DNA of 64,000 nucleotides from an uncultured Merdimonas sp. (GTDB taxonomy: Bacteria; Bacillota; Clostridia; Lachnospirales; Lachnospiraceae): contig CALWAV010000075.1 of NCBI GenBank assembly GCA_944375745.1, positions 7,826 to 71,825 on the forward strand. Reading direction: 5' to 3'. Shown one piece after another: positions 1 through 9,299 of this stretch. Position 1 is the first letter of the stretch; each line of letters opens with the position of its first letter. Made by a program: the position numbers and the translations under genes. The notes beneath the pieces are model-generated. The model did not search any database, had not been told where the DNA came from, and saw only the letters and a program-made list of their open reading frames with translations.

Positions 1-36
1 AAAAGGAAATAAAAGCCAGAGCTTTTTTGGGCTTTC

Positions 37-70
37 GCACAATGACATATTGCACAATAAATAGTATAAT
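37..70 (+). promoter_or_regulatory. Sigma-A-like promoter with repeated GCACAAT elements (candidate CdaR sites)
   Basis: ATGACA (42-47), 17 nt, TATAAT (65-70); GCACAAT at 37-43 and 52-58; RBS AGGAGG before ATG 115. Confidence 0.5.
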
Positions 71-114
71 TTTTTTTATTAAAAAGAGAAAATGCATAAA
101 AAGGAGGTTATCTA

Positions 115-942
115 ATGATTGAAATCAGAACATTACTGGATAATGTTGGAACAGAGCACAAGTCTCTGACAGCAAAGCACGGACTGTCCATGTTTGTGCG
201 GACAGATTCCCTGAAGCTGGTATTTGACTGCGGACCGGACGCCACCGCGGTGAACAATGCCAGACTCATGGATACTCCCATTCAGACGGCAGACTATGTG
301 ATTCTGAGTCATTCCCATTATGACCACAGCGGAGGCTATCCGGATTTTGTCCGGAATCAGGTAAAGGGAACCCTTTATACAGGGCCGGATTACTTTGAGC
401 CCAAATATGCCTTTGACGGCGTCAAGTATACTTATCTGGGAGCGGGCTTTGACGAGCAGTTCCTGGCGGAGAATCAGATTGTCCACAAGGTATGCCGGGG
501 AACAGTCCAGCTTTCAAAAGACTGCTGGATTTTCGCTGATTTCCCGAGAACCCATGCCTTTGAGACCATTCCGTCCAGGTTTGTGAGAGGCACCCTTCCG
601 GGAGCGGAGACAGATGACTTCAGCGATGAAATCTGTCTTGTTCTGGATACAAGCAAAGGACTTGTGGTAGTTGTGGGATGTTCACACCCGGGCATTCTGA
701 ACATGCTGACCCATATTCACAACACACTGCAGAAGCCCATTTACGCGGTGCTTGGAGGAACTCATCTGGTGGAGGCTGATGAACAGAGAATCGATCAGAC
801 GATTGCGGAGATGAAGAATATGGGACTTCATATCATCGGTCTGTCACACTGTTCAGGAGAAAAGGCGGAGTGCGCTGCCGGTTCTGACGCAGAGGTAAAG
901 AGCTGCCATCTGGGCGTCGGCGACTGTTTTGCCGTTGAGTAA
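115..942 (+). CDS. Metallo-beta-lactamase-fold hydrolase (COG1237-like)
   Basis: HGLS, FDCG, SHSHYDH (HxHxDH), GCSHPG, GGTHL and HCSG motifs; strong RBS. Confidence 0.85.
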   Translation: MIEIRTLLDNVGTEHKSLTAKHGLSMFVRTDSLKLVFDCGPDATAVNNARLMDTPIQTADYVILSHSHYDHSGGYPDFVRNQVKGTLYTGPDYFEPKYAFDGVKYTYLGAGFDEQFLAENQIVHKVCRGTVQLSKDCWIFADFPRTHAFETIPSRFVRGTLPGAETDDFSDEICLVLDTSKGLVVVVGCSHPGILNMLTHIHNTLQKPIYAVLGGTHLVEADEQRIDQTIAEMKNMGLHIIGLSHCSGEKAECAAGSDAEVKSCHLGVGDCFAVE

Positions 943-2135
943 TGGCAGTGGTAATCCAGTTTGACAAATTCGCGCAGAAATTGGTGGAGACCACCTCCTT
1001 TCTTCTGGGCGGAAGAATTGTGAACATCATGAATAAAGATGGGTATATTATCGCTTCCACAGAGAAGCACCGCATCGGCACTGTCCATCAGGGAGCGGTA
1101 GAAGTGATGGCTACGGGGCGGGAGGTATGTATCTATCCCGACGAGGTGGAACGCTACCCGGGAGCAAAAGAAGGGATCAATATGCCCATCATAGTAAAAA
1201 ATGAAGTGGTGGGAGTGGTAGGCGTATTCGGAAATCCGGATGAGAGCAGAGATATCGCAAATCTTCTGAGAGTATACACGGAAATGTATATCCGGCAGCT
1301 GACTTATTTCAACAAGCAGGAGATAGAAGATGAGATTCGGACGGAACTGCTGAAGTTTCTAATATACGGCGAAATGAAGGGGCAGTTGTCCTTTGAACAG
1401 ATGACGGATATGGTGGGCTGGGAAGGAATTCCGTCCTATGCCTGCGTGATTATGAAGGTGGGCAGCCATGAGGATCATGTTTCCTGGAATGTGAATATGA
1501 GAAATCTGCTCCGCCAGTTCAAGGAGATGGAGTTCATAGACAGCCGGAAGACCCTGTACGGGATTGTGGACGACAGGCTGGTGGTGATAAAAAGCCAGGC
1601 GTCCTCCAGAAACCTACAGAGATTTTCCGAGCGCCTTCTGGAACTGACGGAAAAGGAATTCGGGATGACGCCGGTGATTGCGGTCAGCGGAATTTACGAG
1701 GATTTGAAGCGGATGCCCATGGCCTATCAGGGAATTTCACTGATGGCGGAAGGAGTCTCCAGCGGGATCCGCTATATGGATTCCATGGAGGGAATGGTGG
1801 GCTACTGTTTTCAGTACCTGTTCCAGAATCCGCTGATGCAGGAATATGGGGAACGGATGTATCAGATGCTGCGTCAGAAAGTGGAGCCAAAGATATTTAA
1901 AGAATATATCCAGACCATAGAAGCCTACTGCGAATCGCCTGACAACCTGCGTATAGTGGCTGAAAAGCTGCTGATACATAAGAACACGCTGGCATACAGG
2001 ATGAATAAGATCTATGATATTCTGGGCCTTGGCGGACTCAACTCCGTATGCCGGGTGATTCAGCTCCGCCTGCTTCTCCATGCCGGACAAAGCCACAGGG
2101 CTGACGGGGAGCAGGACGGGAAAACTACAGTTTAA
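942..2135 (+). CDS. CdaR/SdaR-family sugar-diacid transcriptional regulator
   Basis: N-terminal NIMNKDGYIIAS..RIGTVHQGA diacid-recognition motif; C-terminal PucR HTH IHKNTLAYRM; TAATG coupling to upstream gene. Confidence 0.88.
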   Translation: MAVVIQFDKFAQKLVETTSFLLGGRIVNIMNKDGYIIASTEKHRIGTVHQGAVEVMATGREVCIYPDEVERYPGAKEGINMPIIVKNEVVGVVGVFGNPDESRDIANLLRVYTEMYIRQLTYFNKQEIEDEIRTELLKFLIYGEMKGQLSFEQMTDMVGWEGIPSYACVIMKVGSHEDHVSWNVNMRNLLRQFKEMEFIDSRKTLYGIVDDRLVVIKSQASSRNLQRFSERLLELTEKEFGMTPVIAVSGIYEDLKRMPMAYQGISLMAEGVSSGIRYMDSMEGMVGYCFQYLFQNPLMQEYGERMYQMLRQKVEPKIFKEYIQTIEAYCESPDNLRIVAEKLLIHKNTLAYRMNKIYDILGLGGLNSVCRVIQLRLLLHAGQSHRADGEQDGKTTV

Positions 2136-2155
2136 AGAGAAGGGAGAAATGAGGC

Positions 2156-3496
2156 ATGTCGACAACATATATGCTTGTTATTATACTGATAGCTGTGGCA
2201 GCAATGATCTTCGCGATTACCAAGCTGAAGACTCATGCGTTTCTTGCTTTGCTGCTGGTATCCATTGTTCTGGGACTGGCTGCGGGCTTCAGCCCCAGCG
2301 ATACGATTTCCATGGTGGAGACGGGATTCGGAAGCATTCTGGGAAGCGTGGGAATCATTGTGCTGACTGGAGGAATCATCGGCACCATGCTGCAGAAGAC
2401 GGGCGCAGCCCTGGTGATTGCCAATACAATTCTGAGCGTGGTGGGAGAAAAACGTTCTCCGATTGCCATGGCCATCGCCGGATATATTACAGGTGTGCCG
2501 CTGTTCTGCAACTCAGGATATGTAGTGCTGGCGCCTGTGGCAAAAGCTATTTCCATTAAGTCCAAAGTATCCATGGCAGTGATTGCCAGCGCTCTGAGCG
2601 CGGGACTTTTTACGACCCATTGTTTCGTGCCGCTGCATCCGGGCACACTGGCAGTGGCCAATTCCCTGGGAGCAAACTTCGGTCTGCTTCTCGGAATCGG
2701 ACTTCTTGTATCTATCCCCGGCACTATAGCCGGTGTCATCTACGGCCAGAAAGTTTCCTCCAAAATCCAGGTGGATTTGAAGGAAGAGCTGAACGAAGAG
2801 GAAATTATCAAGACATACGGAAAGCTTCCGGGACGTCTTCATTCTTTCTCTCCGATTATCGTAATCATCCTTCTGGTTGCGCTGAAGACTGTTGCGGATC
2901 TGGAATCCGCTCCATTCGGAACAGGCGCGGTACAGTGGTTCTTTGATTTGATTGGAAATCCCAGCATCGCGCTGATTATCGGTATGTTCCTTTCCATGAC
3001 GCTGGTATCCGGAGATGACCGGAAGAAGATCAGCCAGTATGTAAACGAAGGCATCGGAGGTTCCGTAGGCATGCTGGCGATTATCGGAGCCGGCGGTTCC
3101 TTTGGCCAGGTGCTTCAGGCTCTTCCTCTGGCTGACAAGATCAGCGGACTTACCATGAGCCCGGCTCTGGGCGTGATTCTTCCGTTCCTGATCGCGGCTT
3201 TCTTTAAGACGGTCATGGGCGCTACCACCGTTGTGCAGGTACTGGCGGCTACGATTACTCTGCCGATGCTTGCTTCTCTGGGACTGGATTCCGGTATGGG
3301 ACGTATTCTGGCGGTTCTGGCAATCGCGGCAGGCTCCATGGTGGTATCTCACGCAAACGACGCATACTTCTGGATTGTAGCCCAGTTCTCCGGACTGGAC
3401 ACCAAACAGGCGTATAAAGCACAGACCGGAATGACTCTTGTTGTAGGTCTTGTGTCAATTGTGGTAATATATTTAATATCCTTTATCCTTCTTTAA
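2156..3496 (+). CDS. GntP-family gluconate/glycerate:H+ permease
   Basis: Polytopic; HAFLALL, HCFVPLHPGTL, IIGAGGSFG and SHANDAYFW motifs. Confidence 0.9.
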   Translation: MSTTYMLVIILIAVAAMIFAITKLKTHAFLALLLVSIVLGLAAGFSPSDTISMVETGFGSILGSVGIIVLTGGIIGTMLQKTGAALVIANTILSVVGEKRSPIAMAIAGYITGVPLFCNSGYVVLAPVAKAISIKSKVSMAVIASALSAGLFTTHCFVPLHPGTLAVANSLGANFGLLLGIGLLVSIPGTIAGVIYGQKVSSKIQVDLKEELNEEEIIKTYGKLPGRLHSFSPIIVIILLVALKTVADLESAPFGTGAVQWFFDLIGNPSIALIIGMFLSMTLVSGDDRKKISQYVNEGIGGSVGMLAIIGAGGSFGQVLQALPLADKISGLTMSPALGVILPFLIAAFFKTVMGATTVVQVLAATITLPMLASLGLDSGMGRILAVLAIAAGSMVVSHANDAYFWIVAQFSGLDTKQAYKAQTGMTLVVGLVSIVVIYLISFILL

Positions 3497-3513
3497 AGAA
3501 ATGGAGTGATGAA

Positions 3514-4665
3514 ATGAAGTTTTTGTTTGCGTCGGATTCCTTCAAAGGCACCCTTTCTTCCAGGCGGACGGCAGAGCTTCTGACACAGGCAGCCAGAGAG
3601 GTATTTCCTGGCTGTGAATGTGAGGGCGTGGAAGTGGCAGATGGAGGAGAAGGAACGACGGAGGCCGTGCTTGCCGCAGTGGATGGAGAAAAGATTTCCG
3701 TGAGGGTTCACGGGCCGCTGGGGGAAGCGCAGGAGGCCTTTTACGGGGCTCTGGATGAAAACAGAGCTGTCATGGAGATGGCAGCGGCGTCGGGCCTGCC
3801 GCTTGTTCCCAAGGAGCTTCGGGATCCGCGGAAGACATCTTCCCGGGGCACCGGAGAAATGATCCGGGACGCCCTGGAAAGGGGATTCCGCGATATTTCC
3901 ATCGCCATCGGAGGCTCTGCCACCAATGACGGCGGAATCGGCTGCATGCGCGCTCTGGGCGTGCGGTTCCTGGACGAAAAGGGACAGGAGCTGGAGGGCC
4001 GGGGAGAAGACCTGGCAAAAATACGCGCCATTGACCGTTCCGGCCTGGATTCCCGGATTCGGGAAACTCATTTTACGGTCATGTGCGATGTGACCAATCC
4101 CCTGTGTGGGAAAGACGGGGCCACCTACACCTTCGGAAAGCAGAAAGGCGGAACTCCGGAGATTCTGGATGAATTGGAAGCAGGCATGCAGAATTACCGG
4201 GATCTTCTTGCCGGTGAGTTCGGCATCAATATGGACGAGGTGCCGGGCGCGGGAGCAGCCGGAGGACTGGGAGCGGCTTTGATGGCCTTCCTGGGAGCGG
4301 AGCTGAAATCCGGCATTGACACGGTTCTGGATCTGATAGAATTTGACAGAAGACTGGACGGAGTGTCTCTGGTGGTCACGGGAGAAGGAAGAGCGGACTG
4401 GCAGTCTGTCTTCGGAAAAGTTATGCAGGGCGTGGGCACCCGGTGCCGGCGCCAGGGCGTGCCGGCAGTGGCTATTGTGGGCAGCATGGGCACAGGCGCT
4501 GAGAAAATTTTCGAACATGGAATCGAGTCTATTATCACCACGGTAAACGGGGTGATGCCTCTTGAGGAAGCGCTGGAAAGAGCGGAAGAGCTGTATATGG
4601 GCGCGGCCCTGAGACTGTTCCGGATGCTGAAAGCGGCAGAAAAGATTTGGACAGTAAATGGCTGA
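3514..4665 (+). CDS. glxK: Glycerate kinase (GlxK/GarK family)
   Basis: DSFKGTLS, ADGGEGT, GGSATNDGG, GAGAAGGLG and VTGEG motifs. Confidence 0.93.
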   Translation: MKFLFASDSFKGTLSSRRTAELLTQAAREVFPGCECEGVEVADGGEGTTEAVLAAVDGEKISVRVHGPLGEAQEAFYGALDENRAVMEMAAASGLPLVPKELRDPRKTSSRGTGEMIRDALERGFRDISIAIGGSATNDGGIGCMRALGVRFLDEKGQELEGRGEDLAKIRAIDRSGLDSRIRETHFTVMCDVTNPLCGKDGATYTFGKQKGGTPEILDELEAGMQNYRDLLAGEFGINMDEVPGAGAAGGLGAALMAFLGAELKSGIDTVLDLIEFDRRLDGVSLVVTGEGRADWQSVFGKVMQGVGTRCRRQGVPAVAIVGSMGTGAEKIFEHGIESIITTVNGVMPLEEALERAEELYMGAALRLFRMLKAAEKIWTVNG

Positions 4666-4675
4666 ACTGTAAATA

Positions 4676-4722
4676 TAAGGGAGAGAAAGGATTCTCACGG
4701 ATCTTTTCTTTCCCTTAATTTC
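4676..4722 (+). terminator. Probable intrinsic terminator
   Basis: taagggagagaaagga / tcttttctttccctta stem followed by a T-rich tail, just after glycerate kinase. Confidence 0.6.
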
Positions 4723-4767
4723 TGTCTGCAGGGAGCAGGAGATTTTCCGGAGAGGAAAAAGAACCGG

Positions 4768-4796
4768 TTGCGCCTGTATGGGAACTTTGCTATACT
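4768..4796 (+). promoter_or_regulatory. Sigma-A promoter of prfB
   Basis: TTGCGC, 17 nt, TATACT with extended -10 TG. Confidence 0.6.
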
Positions 4797-4901
4797 TAAA
4801 AAGCGCAGAAATACGGGTGAAAATCCGGATAGGCAGAAGATGGACAGCTGGAAAGAAACCAGATATTTCTGTGAAATAATAGAATAGAAAGAGGTGGGAA
4901 A

Positions 4902-6021
4902 ATGGTAGAATTAGATCAGTTTAAGTATACGCTGAACGGCTATCACGGACCATTAGTGGAATTGAGGGATTCACTTTGACCTGGCTGAAAAGGCAAAGAG
5001 AATCGAGGAATTAGAGAGAGAGATGGAGGCTCCGGGCTACTGGGACGATCCGGAAAAGTCCCAGGCGGGCATGAAGGAGCTGAAAAACCTGAAGGATGAG
5101 GCAGATGACTACGCCGCCCTGGAACAGCAGTACGAGGATATCGAGACTCTGATTGAGATGGGAAATGAGGAAAATGACGCTTCTCTGATCCCGGAGGTTC
5201 AGTCTGAGCTCGAAAGCTTTGCGTCAAAGCTGGATGCCATGACCATTAAGACTCTGCTGTCTGGAGAGTACGACAGGAACAACGCAATCCTGAAGCTGAA
5301 CGCAGGCGCGGGCGGAACAGAGAGCTGCGACTGGGCGGGCATGCTGTACCGGATGTACACCCGCTGGGCCGAGCATAAGGGATTTTCTGTGGAAGTCCTG
5401 GATTATCTGGACGGAGATGAGGCGGGCATCAAATCGGTGACCTTCCAGGTGAACGGTGAGAATGCTTACGGCTATCTGAAATCGGAGAAGGGCGTGCACC
5501 GCCTGGTCCGTATTTCTCCTTTCAATGCCCAGGGCAAGCGCCAGACGTCGTTTGTGTCTCTGGATGTAATGCCGGAGATCAATGACGATATTGACATCGA
5601 AATCCGGGATGAGGATCTGCGGATTGACACCTACCGCTCCAGCGGAGCCGGCGGACAGCATATCAACAAGACCTCCTCGGCGATCCGAATTACTCATCTG
5701 CCCACAGGAATTGTGGTACAGTGCCAGAATGAGCGTTCCCAGTTCCAGAACAAGGATAAGGCGATGCAGATGCTGAAGGCAAAGCTGTACCTGCTGGAAA
5801 AGCAGAAGAATGAGGAAAAGCTTTCCGGCATCCGGGGCGAGGTCAAGGAGATTGGATGGGGAAACCAGATCCGTTCCTATGTCATGCAGCCCTATACGCT
5901 GGTTAAGGATCACCGTACCGGACAGGAAATCAGCAATGTGAATTCTGTGCTTGACGGCAATATCGATCCCTTCATTTATGCCTACTTAAAATGGATTACA
6001 GTGAAGCCTGAGGAAAACTGA
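4902..6021 (+). CDS. prfB: Peptide chain release factor 2, translated via programmed +1 frameshift (~372 aa)
   Basis: ATG 4902 reads MVELDQFKYTLNGYHGPLVELRDSL to CTT TGA C (4974-4980); the +1 frame joins ORF 5023-6021 with SPF and GGQ motifs. Confidence 0.96.
4965..4980 (+). other. RF2 autoregulatory frameshift site (internal SD-like AGGGA plus CTT TGA C)
   Basis: aggga ttca CTTTGAC at codons 25-26. Confidence 0.93.
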
Positions 6022-6029
6022 TTTTTTCC

Positions 6030-6058
6030 TTGCAATCTTCTGGCGGATATGGTACTAT
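6030..6058 (+). promoter_or_regulatory. Sigma-A promoter of the ACT-hom-apgM-lysC operon
   Basis: TTGCAA, 17 nt, TACTAT with extended -10 TG. Confidence 0.65.
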
Positions 6059-6115
6059 TTTTCATGTCGAATCCACGCAGGAGATACAAATGTTTCCATG
6101 TGGCGAACACGGAGG

Positions 6116-6310
6116 GCTACTATTCACAGCCACCCGCCCACATGCGCACTCGTCGCCTCTTCGAGGCTCCAGTTCCGCTCCTTACGGAGCTAAGACTGCT
6201 TATGTGGGCGGGGTGACTGCTTCACAGTCCTGATTCAGACAGGGAAACAGATGCTTACGTGCCAGCACGACACATCTGTTTCCCTGTCTGAATCGGCTGT
6301 GAATAGTAAC
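6116..6310. mobile_element. MITE-like non-autonomous element (195 bp) with terminal inverted repeats and a target-site duplication
   Basis: TIRs gctactattcacagcc (6116-6131) / ggctgtgaatagtaac (6295-6310), 15/16 match; flanking direct repeat cacggagg at 6108-6115 and 6311-6318; internal perfect 22-bp IR 6232-6253/6273-6294. Confidence 0.85.
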
Positions 6311-6324
6311 CACGGAGGAGAAAA

Positions 6325-6768
6325 ATGTCAGAAAAAAGCAAGTATTTTGTTGTAAAACAGAAGGCTGTGCCGGAGGTGCTTCTGAAGGTGGTAGAGGCCA
6401 AGCGCCTGCTGGAATCTTCCAAAGCTATGACGGTTCAGGAGGCCACGGAGCGGGTGGGAATCAGCCGGAGTTCCTTCTATAAATATAAGGATGATATTTT
6501 CCCCTTTCATGACAATTCCAAGGGGAAAAGCATCACCTTTGTGCTGCAGATGGATGATGAGCCGGGACTGCTTTCCATGGTTCTGAATACCATTGCGGAA
6601 TATAAGGGAAATGTGCTGACGATTCATCAGACGATCCCCATCAATGGGGTGGCGTCTCTGACGCTGACCGTGGATCTTCTGCCGATCACGAAGGATGTTT
6701 CTTCCATGATCGAGCACATTGAGAGCCAGCCGGGGATTCATTATCTGAAAATACTGGCGAAAGAATAA
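6325..6768 (+). CDS. HTH + ACT domain regulator (UPF0735, PheB/ThrR-like)
   Basis: PEVLLKVVEAK..GISRSSFYKYKD and D.PGLLS..NVLTIHQTIP motifs; lies upstream of hom. Confidence 0.88.
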   Translation: MSEKSKYFVVKQKAVPEVLLKVVEAKRLLESSKAMTVQEATERVGISRSSFYKYKDDIFPFHDNSKGKSITFVLQMDDEPGLLSMVLNTIAEYKGNVLTIHQTIPINGVASLTLTVDLLPITKDVSSMIEHIESQPGIHYLKILAKE

Positions 6769-6791
6769 ACAAGACAAAGGAGCGGATAAAG

Positions 6792-8006
6792 ATGGTTCAG
6801 ATTGCGGTGATGGGCTACGGAACCGTAGGTTCCGGCGTGGTGGAAGTGCTGAATACCAACCAGGCCAGCATCAACAGGCGCGCGGGCGATGAGATTAATA
6901 TCAAATACGTGCTGGATTTGCGGGATTTTCCGGGAGACCCGGTGGAATCGAAGCTGATTCACGATTTCGAGACGATTGTAAATGATCCGGAGATCCGGAT
7001 TGTGGTGGAAGTGATGGGAGGCGTGGAGCCGGCCTACACCTTTACAAAGCGCTGCCTGGAGGCAGGCAAAAGCGTGTGCACCTCCAATAAGGAGCTGGTG
7101 GCCCGTCACGGAGCGGAGCTTCTGGAGATCGCAAGAGAGAGAAAGCTGAATTATCTGTTCGAGGCCAGCGTGGGAGGCGGAATTCCCATTATCCGTCCTT
7201 TGAATTCGTCTCTGACCGCGGATGAAATCACAGAGATTACGGGTATCTTAAACGGTACGACCAATTATATTTTGACGAAAATGAGCTATGGCGGTACGGA
7301 TTTTGACACAGCTCTGAAGGACGCCCAGGCGAAGGGCTATGCGGAGCGCAATCCGGAGGCAGATGTGGAGGGCTATGACGCCTGCCGCAAGATTGCCATT
7401 CTGACCTCTCTGGTCAGCGGCCGCCAGGTGGATTATGAAGATATTTATACGGAAGGCATCACAAAGATTACGGCGGAGGATATCAAATACGCAAAGAAGC
7501 TGGGCCGGGCTGTGAAGCTGCTTGCCATGAGCAAGAAAGAGGACGGCAAGTTCTTTGCGATGGTGGCGCCTTTCCTGATTAATGAGATGCATCCTCTTTA
7601 CAGTGTAAACGGTGTGTTCAACGCGATTTTCGCGAAAGGCAATGTGCTGGGAGACGTGATGTTTTACGGAAGCGGCGCAGGCAAGCTGCCTACGGCCAGC
7701 GCGGTGGTAGCTGACGTGGTGGATGCGGCCAAGCATCTGCACTGCAGCATCATGACTTTCTGGAGCACCAAAAAACTGGAGCTGACAGATATCAGCAACG
7801 CAAAGAGGCGGTTTTTCGTCCGCGCAAAGGGAGACGGCCAGGCAGACGCCATCCGCATGGCAGAGATCTTCGGGCCCATTGAGCTGGTGAACGCGGATCT
7901 GGAAGGTGAATACGGTTTTGTGACCGGAGCCATGACAGAAGCGGAATACAAAGAGCGCGCGGACAGAACGGAAGACATCATTCATATGATCCGGGTGGAA
8001 GGATAG
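6792..8006 (+). CDS. hom: Homoserine dehydrogenase
   Basis: GYGTVGSG, FEASVGGGIP, GILNGTTNYIL and GAGKLPTASAV motifs. Confidence 0.96.
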   Translation: MVQIAVMGYGTVGSGVVEVLNTNQASINRRAGDEINIKYVLDLRDFPGDPVESKLIHDFETIVNDPEIRIVVEVMGGVEPAYTFTKRCLEAGKSVCTSNKELVARHGAELLEIARERKLNYLFEASVGGGIPIIRPLNSSLTADEITEITGILNGTTNYILTKMSYGGTDFDTALKDAQAKGYAERNPEADVEGYDACRKIAILTSLVSGRQVDYEDIYTEGITKITAEDIKYAKKLGRAVKLLAMSKKEDGKFFAMVAPFLINEMHPLYSVNGVFNAIFAKGNVLGDVMFYGSGAGKLPTASAVVADVVDAAKHLHCSIMTFWSTKKLELTDISNAKRRFFVRAKGDGQADAIRMAEIFGPIELVNADLEGEYGFVTGAMTEAEYKERADRTEDIIHMIRVEG

Positions 8007-8013
8007 GCGCGCT

Positions 8014-9213
8014 ATGAAATATGTGATTGTACTTGGAGACGGCATGGCCGACGAGCCCATCGGGGAGCTGGGCGGCCTTACGCCGCTGGAATATGCCGGG
8101 ACGCCCACGCTGGACGCCCTGGCGGAGGTGTCGGAGATTGGCCTGGCTTATACGATACCGGAAGGGATGAGCCCCGGAAGCGATACGGCGAATCTCTCGG
8201 TGTTGGGCTATGATCCGAAGGTTTATTACACAGGCCGGTCCCCGCTGGAGGCTTTGAGCATCGGCGTGGATATGAAGCCGGATGATGTGGCCTTGCGGAC
8301 CAATCTGATTACGGTGTCTGACGGAGATGAACCCTACGAAGAAAAGACAATTCTTGATCACAGCTCAGGAGAGATCAGCACAGAGGACGCGGCAGTGCTG
8401 TTGGACGCGGTCCGTAAGGAGCTGGAAGACGATATCTATCATTTCTATGTGGGAACCAGCTACCGTCATCTGCTGATCTGGGAAAAGGGCAGTGTGATAC
8501 CCCTTACTCCGCCCCATGATGTGCTGGGGCAGAAGGTGGGAGACCATCTGCCGGCAGATGAAAAGCTTCGTGAGATGCAGAAGAGAAGCTATGAGATTCT
8601 TTCCAGGCATCCCATCAATCTGGAGCGGAAAAAGAAAGGACTGAATCAGGCGAATTCCTGCTGGTTCTGGGGAGCGGGCACCAGGCCTGCCCTCACATCC
8701 TTTGAGGAGAAAAACCATAAAAAAGGCGCCATGATTTCCGCGGTAGATTTGCTGAAAGGCATCGCGGTGGGCGCCGGTATGAAAAATATAGCTGTGGAGG
8801 GAGCCAATGGGCAGCTCCACACCAATTATGAGGGCAAGGCACAGGCGGCGGCAGACACGCTTCTGAAGGATGGCTTTGATTTCGTTTATGTCCATGTGGA
8901 GGCGCCGGACGAGATGGGTCATCAGGGAAGCTGGGAGAGAAAAGTCCAGTCCATCGAGTATCTGGACCAGAGGCTGATTCGGAATCTGAAAGAGGCTCTG
9001 GACGCTTCGGGAGAAGATTACCGGATGATGGTGCTTCCGGACCACCCCACACCGATCCGCGTGCGGACCCACACGGCGGACCCCGTTCCGTTCCTTCTGT
9101 ACGACAGTACAAAGAAGGTGGCAGGAATGCCTGAGTACAGCGAAAAGACGGCCAGAGAAAGCGGGCTTGTGGTGCAAAAGGGCTGCGAGCTGATTGACAG
9201 ACTGTTTGACTAG
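8014..9213 (+). CDS. Cofactor-independent phosphoglycerate mutase-like protein (ApgM family; proposed homoserine kinase subfamily)
   Basis: GDGMAD, PGSDTANLS, YTGRSPLEA, HVEAPDEMGH and PDHPTP motifs; located between hom and lysC. Confidence 0.88.
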   Translation: MKYVIVLGDGMADEPIGELGGLTPLEYAGTPTLDALAEVSEIGLAYTIPEGMSPGSDTANLSVLGYDPKVYYTGRSPLEALSIGVDMKPDDVALRTNLITVSDGDEPYEEKTILDHSSGEISTEDAAVLLDAVRKELEDDIYHFYVGTSYRHLLIWEKGSVIPLTPPHDVLGQKVGDHLPADEKLREMQKRSYEILSRHPINLERKKKGLNQANSCWFWGAGTRPALTSFEEKNHKKGAMISAVDLLKGIAVGAGMKNIAVEGANGQLHTNYEGKAQAAADTLLKDGFDFVYVHVEAPDEMGHQGSWERKVQSIEYLDQRLIRNLKEALDASGEDYRMMVLPDHPTPIRVRTHTADPVPFLLYDSTKKVAGMPEYSEKTARESGLVVQKGCELIDRLFD

Positions 9214-9220
9214 ACAGATG

Positions 9221-9263
9221 TTCCGCGGCAGCCTGCTGCCCGTCAGGCAGCGGCGCCGCGGAA
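9221..9263. repeat. GC-rich intergenic stem-loop
   Basis: ttccgcggc..gctgcc / ggcagc..gccgcggaa inverted repeat with no U-tract. Confidence 0.6.
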
Positions 9264-9299
9264 GTCTATGCTATTATAAAAAACGAGGAGAACAAATCT

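Noticed and set aside
115-942. True beta-lactamase call (and vanZ at 59626-60099 as a glycopeptide resistance cluster)
   Set aside because: No signal peptide and a metabolic operon context; no other van genes lie near vanZ
6030-6233. 67-aa ORF in the operon leader as a leader peptide
   Set aside because: It starts within the -35 box, has no RBS or Thr/Ile run, and reads through the MITE
6116-6310. Possible T-box or riboswitch in the amino-acid operon leader
   Set aside because: No T-box AGGGTGGNACCGCG, no U-tailed terminator; TIRs plus a flanking duplication fit an insertion better
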